64,000 nucleotides of DNA. Source: Parcubacteria group bacterium (lineage in GTDB: Bacteria; Patescibacteriota; Microgenomatia; UBA1400; PJMF01). The translations under genes were made by a program, and so were the position numbers. Under the pieces are notes generated by a model, which saw nothing but the letters and a program-made list of their open reading frames with translations, was not told where the DNA came from and did not search any database. The DNA is taken from assembly GCA_943350175.1 (NCBI GenBank), contig CALQZX010000002.1:66061-130060 (forward strand). Reading direction: 5' to 3'. Below are positions 57,387 to 64,000 of the stretch, one piece after another. Position 1 is the stretch's first letter, and each line of letters starts with the position of its first letter.

Positions 57387-58138
57387 TGCTTTGGATATTT
57401 ATTTGTCCAATCAGCCATTTTGATCTTCAAAATATCAGTGAACATCAAAATAGAATCTCTCACTGGACTGACGCGATCAGTTTGGAAGTGTTTCCAAAGA
57501 ATTGGCACTTCTTGCATGCCAAAGTTATATTTTTTGGCTAAATATAAAAGTTCGACATCAAAAGCACCAGTAAAAGCATCTTGGCGATTATCTTTGCCGG
57601 AGTAAATATAAAGGCTTTCAAAAAGTTTGATAGTGGCTTTTTCTGAAAACAACTTAAAACCACATTGGCTATCTTGAGTACCTGGAACGGCTAATAATTG
57701 CACAACTAAATTGAAACCTCGACCCATGATGTGCCTATAAAAAGGTTCTTTTTCTCTCTTGGCACCAATAATCTCTCTGGAGCCAAAAATAACCTCATGT
57801 TCACTAGTGTATTTCAGTAATTTACGAACTTCACGAAGGGGAGTTGATTGATCAAAGTCAGTAAAAAGTCTCCAACTACCGGTTGCTTGTAACATACCAG
57901 CTTTGACGGTTGGACCCTTGCCCTTATGTTGATTGAGGACAACTTTAATTCTTTCATCTTTTTTACTGAATTTTTGAAGTTCTTCAACTGTGTCATCGGT
58001 GCTACCGTCATCAGATAAAACGAGCTCCCATGATCTTTCATAGTCCTTCAAAAATTGAAGAACTTCCTCAAGTACTCCACGAGCAATGTTTTTACTTTCA
58101 TTGTAGGAAGGTAAGACTACTGATAGATATGGTTTCAT
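57383..58138 (-). CDS. GT2 polyprenyl-phosphate glycosyltransferase (Dpm1/Ppm1-like)
   Basis: 251 aa. VVLPSYNE, LSDDGSTDDT (DxD) motifs of GT2 dolichyl/polyprenyl-phosphate hexose synthases. Confidence 0.75.
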   Translation of the reverse strand: MKPYLSVVLPSYNESKNIARGVLEEVLQFLKDYERSWELVLSDDGSTDDTVEELQKFSKKDERIKVVLNQHKGKGPTVKAGMLQATGSWRLFTDFDQSTPLREVRKLLKYTSEHEVIFGSREIIGAKREKEPFYRHIMGRGFNLVVQLLAVPGTQDSQCGFKLFSEKATIKLFESLYIYSGKDNRQDAFTGAFDVELLYLAKKYNFGMQEVPILWKHFQTDRVSPVRDSILMFTDILKIKMADWTNKYPKQ

Positions 58139-58151
58139 AGGTTTAAATAAT

Positions 58152-59693
58152 TTAATTATTATAGCTAGTTAGAACAGTAATTTCTGGGCCATTTTCTATT
58201 TGAAAAACTTCTTGGATATTTTTATTTGGAAAAACGATGATTTCATAGATCTCAGATTTCAAAACGTTTTTTTCTACTTTTTCTTCATTAATGATGAAAA
58301 GTTTAGTTGCGCTGTGGTGATTCTCCATTTCTACTGGCTCATTTTCATTGGTGCTGAGGAAATATCTATAATTCATGCCATAAAGATCTTTGGAGTTGGC
58401 TAATAAAACGATATTATATTTTTCATCTTTACCAACTCTTTTATAAATTTCATCAGTTGTTCTCTTTATGTCGTCAATTGTCCAGCTATTGCTTCTAATC
58501 GAGTATCTCTGCGCGTTGTTTATGATGAAATAAATTAAAAATGGTACTAGCAAGACAGTCGCTAGCCATTTGTTTTTGAATTTAGTGAAAAATAAGCCAT
58601 AGAACATGTAAACAAAAGGAAATAAATACGCAATGTAATGTTCGTAGACTTGATGCTGATAAAGACTAACTCCGAGAATTCCTGGCACCAAATAAGCAAG
58701 CAAAATGATCTCTCCATCTGAAAGTTTTTTTCTATTTCTAATCAAATAGATCGCTGTCAAAATCAAGGCCACAAACATGAAAGGATGGTTGTTTTTATTG
58801 ACAGCAAAACTTGCTTCAAAGAGTACTTGAGAAGCACGATCTTTCAGATCAATACTGATGAATTTACTAAAAGCTGCAAATCCTTGGCGTCCAGCTTTTC
58901 TTTCTAAATTGAAGCTTTCTTTTTCAGTCAAAATTGAAGCGAAGGATTCTAAATTTACTGATCCATGTTTTAGATCAAAAAGAACGAGTGGCGTGAGAGA
59001 GAGAATGAAAATTAAGACAGCTAGAATGATATTGCCAATAAATTTCTTTTCTTTGCTGAAAAATTTATTTTTTTGTAGTTTAATTTTTTCAATGAGTTGA
59101 ATCAGAAAAATTATGCCAGCTCCAGAGATAGATAATAAAGTGACGTAATGCAATTGAATTAAAAGACTAAAGCAAACAGAAACAAGTAGCCAATATTTCG
59201 CATTCTTTTTCCAAGCCAGATAAGTGAAATAGAACATCAATAAACTAAAGAATGGCGCGATATTAGGATTCCAACTGAATCGAGCTAGATTGACTACTCC
59301 GGCAGATAAAGTAAAGAAAATAGTTGCCAAATAAGCAGTTTTACGATCAAAAATTTTATTGGTGATCTTGAACAATAAAAAAACGGTTAAGACTGACAGG
59401 GCAGCGACAGCGAAAACCGGGCCCATTGGATCTGGATAGCTTAGGAATAAGAACGGCAACATAAAATAATAATAAAAAGGACCCAAATACATATTGCCGA
59501 TGCTGGTGACAGGGCCGATGAAAACTGGATCTAAATTTTTGAAAATGCGAGAGACAACCAAAACGTCCCTGCCCTGATCACCCTGGAACATGACTGAGTT
59601 TCTTAAATTGTAGAAACGAAGGAAAATGGCTGAAATTAGAATTACCAATAAAAAAAAGTGCTGAAATTTTATTCTTTTAATCAAGCCACGCAT
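58152..59693 (-). CDS. GT-C glycosyltransferase, family 39-like (second copy)
   Basis: 513 aa, ~12 TM helices, N-terminal loop with …FQGDQGRD… (ArnT/PMT-like). Confidence 0.6.
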   Translation of the reverse strand: MRGLIKRIKFQHFFLLVILISAIFLRFYNLRNSVMFQGDQGRDVLVVSRIFKNLDPVFIGPVTSIGNMYLGPFYYYFMLPFLFLSYPDPMGPVFAVAALSVLTVFLLFKITNKIFDRKTAYLATIFFTLSAGVVNLARFSWNPNIAPFFSLLMFYFTYLAWKKNAKYWLLVSVCFSLLIQLHYVTLLSISGAGIIFLIQLIEKIKLQKNKFFSKEKKFIGNIILAVLIFILSLTPLVLFDLKHGSVNLESFASILTEKESFNLERKAGRQGFAAFSKFISIDLKDRASQVLFEASFAVNKNNHPFMFVALILTAIYLIRNRKKLSDGEIILLAYLVPGILGVSLYQHQVYEHYIAYLFPFVYMFYGLFFTKFKNKWLATVLLVPFLIYFIINNAQRYSIRSNSWTIDDIKRTTDEIYKRVGKDEKYNIVLLANSKDLYGMNYRYFLSTNENEPVEMENHHSATKLFIINEEKVEKNVLKSEIYEIIVFPNKNIQEVFQIENGPEITVLTSYNN

Positions 59694-59699
59694 GGTTCT

Positions 59700-60899
59700 T
59701 TAGTTCTTTTTCTTTTTCCAAATAAAAGTATTGTAAGCAAAGAAATTCCAAAACATGCCAATGAAAATACCGACGACTGCAGAAATTGTTCCAGTATCAA
59801 CTACGAAATTAATAAGTGGCACGGTGAAAATTGGGATAAGACCAATTACATTTGATGTAAAAGCAGCAATAGCAGTTTGAACAAGAATGGAGCCGCCACT
59901 AGATAAATTGAAGGTCAGAAAACTAAGTGGAATTTGTTTGGCTTCGAGCTTGCGATCCTTAAATGTCCATAGGTTGCTCCAGATAAAATTAGAAATGATG
60001 GCCGTTTCGATAGATAAAAAGTTGGCTAGTACAAAAATTTGTTCACCAGAGAAGACTAACCTCCATAATTGCAGAGCAATTAGCTGCACCATCGCGCCAA
60101 AAGCCCCAACCATAGCAAATCTCACCACTCTCATCTTTAATATTTCTTTAATTCTAACTCTCATAAGATATAACAGGGTATTTTTTATGTACTCTGGCCC
60201 AATTTTACTATTACCTACTACGCGATCTTTAAATTCAAATGGTACTTCTGCAATTTTAAAACCTTTTCTAAGGGTTTTGTGCAAAAAGCCAATTTGAAAA
60301 GTATAGCCTGAAAAAAGTTCACTGTGCATTTCTTTCTCTACAACAAGGTAAACTTCTTTTTTGATTGCTCTAAATCCAGTCGTCCAGTCTCTGATGGAAA
60401 AATCTAACATTAAAAAATTAATGAATAGATTGCCGACGATACTCAAAAATTTACGGTGGAATCCCCAGTTTTCTGGAATAGAGCCACCTTCGATGTATCT
60501 AGAACCAAGAACCATATCGTTGCCTTGATCTATTTTTGCTAAAAAAGCAGGGATTTTCTTCGGATCGTGAGAGAGATCCGCGTCAAATTCGAAAACCAGA
60601 TCAGCACTCAATTTATTAAAAGCATGATTCATGCCGCTTAAATAAGCGCCTCCTAAGCCTGATTTCTTTTTGTTGATTAGTAATTCTAAGAATTTGAATT
60701 TCTTTTGCAATTCTGTGACAAATTCTGAAGTTCCATCTGGAGAGCTATCATCAACCACTAAAATTTTCATTTCCCAGTTTTTGATTTCTTTAAAAACATT
60801 GCCAAGGGATCCCACTGTTTGGGCGATATTGCCTTTTTCATTGTAAGTAGGAATGATAATAATTGCTTTTTTCATTTTAGTTGGCGTTTTTGCTTTCAA
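59700..60899 (-). CDS. GT2 polyprenyl-phosphate glycosyltransferase fused to a GtrA-like membrane domain
   Basis: 399 aa. IIIPTYNE, VVDDSSPDGT motifs. C-terminal ~130 aa has 4 TM helices of GtrA type. Confidence 0.75.
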   Translation of the reverse strand: MKAKTPTKMKKAIIIIPTYNEKGNIAQTVGSLGNVFKEIKNWEMKILVVDDSSPDGTSEFVTELQKKFKFLELLINKKKSGLGGAYLSGMNHAFNKLSADLVFEFDADLSHDPKKIPAFLAKIDQGNDMVLGSRYIEGGSIPENWGFHRKFLSIVGNLFINFLMLDFSIRDWTTGFRAIKKEVYLVVEKEMHSELFSGYTFQIGFLHKTLRKGFKIAEVPFEFKDRVVGNSKIGPEYIKNTLLYLMRVRIKEILKMRVVRFAMVGAFGAMVQLIALQLWRLVFSGEQIFVLANFLSIETAIISNFIWSNLWTFKDRKLEAKQIPLSFLTFNLSSGGSILVQTAIAAFTSNVIGLIPIFTVPLINFVVDTGTISAVVGIFIGMFWNFFAYNTFIWKKKKN

Positions 60900-61854
60900 A
60901 TTCCAAATCTTGTTGCACCATTAAAGTCACTAATTCTTCAAAATTAATAGTAGGTTTCCAATTGAGAGATTTCATGGCTTTTTCTGGATTACCAATCAAT
61001 AAATCAACTTCTGCTGGACGATCATATTTTTTATTGTGTTTATAGTATTTTTCGTAATCACCAAGACCAGCTGCTTTACAAGCAATTTCCAAGAATTCTC
61101 TGACGCTGTGAGTTTCACCGGTGGAAATAACATAGTCATCAGCTTGCTCTTGTTGAAGCATGGCCCACATAGCTTCGACGTAATCTTTGGCGTAACCCCA
61201 ATCTCTTTTGGAATCCAAGTTTCCGAGCTCAATGAACTCTTGCTTGCCCAATTTAATACGAGCGACAGCATTACTAATTTTACGAGTAACGAATTCCAAA
61301 CCACGGCGTGGCGACTCATGATTGAAAAGAATGCCAGAAACGGCAAACATGTCATAAGATTCACGGTAATTTACCGTAATCCAATGACCATAAACTTTAG
61401 CGACGCCATAAGGTGAGCGAGGATAGAATGGTGTGTTTTCATTTTGAGGAACTTCTCTGACTTTGCCAAACATTTCACTTGAGCTGGCTTGGTAGAATTT
61501 AGCTTTTGGACAAGCCAATCTCATCGCTTCCAAAACTCTAGTCACACCAATGGCAGTAAATTCGCCGGTTAAGACTGGTTGCTCCCAAGAAGCTTTGACG
61601 AAGGATTGAGCGGCTAAGTTATAGATTTCATCTGGTTGGATGTCTTGAAAAGCAAATGTCAAAGAATGTTGATCGATCAAATCACCAGAAATTAATTCCA
61701 AGTTTGGATTGTGAATAATGGTTTTAATACGGTCAAAATTTTGAGTACTGGTGCGACGAGTTAGACCATAAACTTTATAGCCTTTTTCAAGCAATGATTC
61801 AGCTAAATAAGAACCATCTTGTCCGGTAATTCCTGTGATAAAGGCTTTTTTCAT
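60877..61854 (-). CDS. gmd: GDP-mannose 4,6-dehydratase
   Basis: 325 aa. MKKAFITGITGQDGSYLAESLLEKGY…, YxxxK (YGVAKVYGHW), the C-terminal …GNLDSKRDWGYAKDYVEAMW motif typical of Gmd. Confidence 0.9.
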   Translation of the reverse strand: MKKAFITGITGQDGSYLAESLLEKGYKVYGLTRRTSTQNFDRIKTIIHNPNLELISGDLIDQHSLTFAFQDIQPDEIYNLAAQSFVKASWEQPVLTGEFTAIGVTRVLEAMRLACPKAKFYQASSSEMFGKVREVPQNENTPFYPRSPYGVAKVYGHWITVNYRESYDMFAVSGILFNHESPRRGLEFVTRKISNAVARIKLGKQEFIELGNLDSKRDWGYAKDYVEAMWAMLQQEQADDYVISTGETHSVREFLEIACKAAGLGDYEKYYKHNKKYDRPAEVDLLIGNPEKAMKSLNWKPTINFEELVTLMVQQDLEFESKNAN

Positions 61855-62807
61855 ATATTTTCTCTCCAGTAATTTAAAATTCTTTCTAAAGTTTCTTTTA
61901 ATTCATGCTCTGGGGCATAGCCCAAATTTACAATCTTTTCATTGTCGCAAACAAGATAAGGAAGGTCAACTGGGCGAATTTTACTTGGGTCAACGAGAAC
62001 CTTAATTTCTTTGTTTGCCATGCTAATTAGCAGATCAAGAATCTCTTTAATACTGTGGCTCGCACCAGAGCCAACGTTGTAAACTTCGCCGCTTTGGCCC
62101 TTTTTCATAAGTAAGATATAGGCGGAAACAATGTCTTTAACGTCGGAAAAATCGCGCACGCTCTCCAAATTTCCAACGCTGATAAAATCTTGCTGGCCTT
62201 TTTCTACTTTGGCAATGGCTGCTGCCAGATCTGCAACGACAAAACCAAGAGTTTGACGTTCACCAATATGATTAAAAGGTCTAACTCTGACGATATTGAG
62301 TTGCTCGCTTTTGACAAAAGTGTAGACCATCATGTCTTGAATCAATTTTGATAAAGCGTATGGATTGTCTGGGCCTAATTGTGACTTTTCATTAATTGCT
62401 TCACTACTAGCCTCGTACATTAGGGCTGTGCTAACGTGAAGCATCTTGCTTTCTGGCGCATATTCTTTAATTGCTTCGAGCAAATTCAACTGTAAGCTGG
62501 TATTCATTTCTAAAATAAATTTACGTTTCTCAAAACTATCCCCAACGTTGGCCAAAGAAGCCAAGTGATAGATTTCATCTGGTTGAATTTCTCTAATTAA
62601 ATCCTGAGTGGCTTGGTAATCAGTCAAATTAATTTGATGGATATTGTTTGGATCGACAAATTTCTTGACGAATTGGCCGTCATCTCTATATGAGGTGACA
62701 TGCAAATCTCTTTCACCTCTATTGTAGAGTTCTTCAACTAAATGTGAGGCGACGAAGCCAGTTCCACCAGTAATGAGGATTTTTTTCATAAATTTATCTT
62801 TTACCAA
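61851..62807 (-). CDS. NAD(P)-dependent sugar-nucleotide epimerase/reductase (GDP-4-keto-6-deoxymannose reductase- or epimerase-like)
   Basis: 318 aa. ILITGGTGFVASHL Rossmann motif, YALSKL (YxxxK). 4-nt overlap with gmd. Confidence 0.7.
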   Translation of the reverse strand: MVKDKFMKKILITGGTGFVASHLVEELYNRGERDLHVTSYRDDGQFVKKFVDPNNIHQINLTDYQATQDLIREIQPDEIYHLASLANVGDSFEKRKFILEMNTSLQLNLLEAIKEYAPESKMLHVSTALMYEASSEAINEKSQLGPDNPYALSKLIQDMMVYTFVKSEQLNIVRVRPFNHIGERQTLGFVVADLAAAIAKVEKGQQDFISVGNLESVRDFSDVKDIVSAYILLMKKGQSGEVYNVGSGASHSIKEILDLLISMANKEIKVLVDPSKIRPVDLPYLVCDNEKIVNLGYAPEHELKETLERILNYWRENI

Positions 62808-64000
62808 TGCCTAAATATTGAAAGCCCATTTTTTTGATTTTTTCTGGATCGAATTGGTTTCTAGCATCAATGAAAAATTGATTTTCGTTATTTCTGACTT
62901 TGGAGAAATCGAAGCCAATGATTTCTGGCCATTCCACCACACACATGATAACGTCGCTGTCTTCACAGGCTTCTTCAATACTTGAATATTGTTGATGGCG
63001 ATCGCTGTCTAAGGCGCTGTATTTGGCCATTGGATCATAACTTTTGACAGTCGCACCAAGATTACTTAATAAAGGAATAATTTTGGTGGATGGAGCTTCA
63101 CGCATATCGTCAGTATTTGGTTTGAAAGATAAGCCAAGAAGAGCGACGGTTTTGTTTTCAAAACCACTAATTTCCTCTGCAAATTTTTCCAAAAGACGAT
63201 AAATACGGTTTTTGTTTATTTCATTGACGCGATTGAGCAAATTGCCATCTTCACCAATGCTTCTGGAATAAGCTGCTAGCTCTTTGACATCCTTAGGGAA
63301 GCAAGAACCGCCGTAGCCAAGTCCTGGATACCAATAGTGTTGGCCAATTCTTTTATCGTAACCAATGGCTTTAATGACTTCATTGATATCTGCACCATTT
63401 TTTTCGCAAAGATTAGCAATTTCATTAATGAAAGTAATGCGAGTGGCTAGATATGAGTTGGCGGTGTACTTAGCCATTTGCGCTGAAGCGACTTTGCAGC
63501 GAATCACGGGAGCGTTTAGGCTTTCATGTAATTCTTCCAATTTCTCAAAAACAAATTCAGATTCTGCACCAATGACAATTCTGTCTGGATGCAAAGTATC
63601 TTGGACGGCTGAGCCTTCGCGTAAAAATTCTGGCAGAGAAGCGCCGTAAAAATTAACTGACGATGTTTCTTTGATGATGGCAATAGTTTTCTCCAAAGTT
63701 CCTGGAGGAACTGTTGACTTGATAACAACGATGGCTGAGTCACTAAGATAAGGAGCTAAAGATTTGGCACTGGCGAAGATATAACGTAAATCGGCTGTTT
63801 CATCAGCTGCGGAAGGAGTGCCTACAGCAATAATGATGATTTCGGCGCCAGTGATGGCAGTTTCATAGGAAGTGGTGAAAGTGAGTTTGCCTTTGGCTTG
63901 CTGCTCTAATAATAAATCTTGAAGTCCTGGTTCGTAAAAAGGTACTTGGCCTTTTTCCAAAAGTTTGACTTTGTTTTCATCGATATCTAAGCCAACTACT
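62794..64000 (-). CDS. UDP-glucose/GDP-mannose 6-dehydrogenase family protein (5' end runs off the window end)
   Basis: The frame stays open to 64000 upstream of the tracked TTG (…VVGLDIDENKVKLLEKGQVPFYEPGL…, the canonical N-terminal region). Central GGSCFPKD catalytic-Cys motif. Confidence 0.8.
   Translation of the reverse strand, partial: VVGLDIDENKVKLLEKGQVPFYEPGLQDLLLEQQAKGKLTFTTSYETAITGAEIIIIAVGTPSAADETADLRYIFASAKSLAPYLSDSAIVVIKSTVPPGTLEKTIAIIKETSSVNFYGASLPEFLREGSAVQDTLHPDRIVIGAESEFVFEKLEELHESLNAPVIRCKVASAQMAKYTANSYLATRITFINEIANLCEKNGADINEVIKAIGYDKRIGQHYWYPGLGYGGSCFPKDVKELAAYSRSIGEDGNLLNRVNEINKNRIYRLLEKFAEEISGFENKTVALLGLSFKPNTDDMREAPSTKIIPLLSNLGATVKSYDPMAKYSALDSDRHQQYSSIEEACEDSDVIMCVVEWPEIIGFDFSKVRNNENQFFIDARNQFDPEKIKKMGFQYLGIGKR

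Noticed and set aside
1-64000. CRISPR array, rRNA genes, transposase/integrase/reverse-transcriptase (DGR) genes
   Set aside because: No regularly spaced direct repeats, no rRNA-like conserved stretches, and no ORF with DDE, tyrosine-recombinase or YxDD reverse-transcriptase motifs. The tRNA-adjacent accessory regions therefore cannot be called mobile elements.

Overview
This 64 kb window is a gene-dense, AT-rich stretch of a streamlined bacterial chromosome read in the standard code (roughly mid-30s % GC by eye). Many small and overlapping genes, no respiratory genes, a fermentative PflB/PflA/ADP-forming acetyl-CoA synthetase module and many lineage-specific hypothetical surface proteins are consistent with a Patescibacteria (CPR)-like or similar reduced anaerobe, but I cannot assign taxonomy from sequence alone. 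Housekeeping genes dominate positions 1-44,600: tatD, metG, rmuC, aspS, a DD-carboxypeptidase, gltX, ybeY, dnaX, ybaB, rdgB, fbaB, frr, rseP, secDF, cca, recJ, prmC, pflBA, acd, a fused coaD-coaE and xth. Two accessory-looking regions follow. Positions 44,600-54,700 hold a signalling locus: a 36-aa peptide gene coupled to a sensor kinase, a 603-aa alpha-toroid/terpene-cyclase-like protein, two OmpR-type regulators, tRNA-Gln and a stand-alone kinase ATPase domain. Positions 54,700-64,000 hold a glycosylation locus: two GT39/PMT-like and two GT2 polyprenyl-phosphate-sugar synthases, GDP-mannose 4,6-dehydratase, a reductase and a sugar-nucleotide dehydrogenase. The window contains two tRNAs (Glu-CUC, Gln-CUG), several clean intrinsic terminators and one tRNA-like fragment. 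I found no rRNA, no CRISPR array and no transposase, integrase or reverse transcriptase. The most notable signals are (i) an A10 slippery tract in dnaX placed to make a truncated gamma subunit, (ii) the peptide-kinase-cyclase-like-regulator locus, (iii) a PKD surface protein with a QPSTG-type sorting signal next to a sortase, (iv) a protein-O-mannosylation-like glycosylation island, and (v) a 390-nt non-coding region holding a tRNA-like element.
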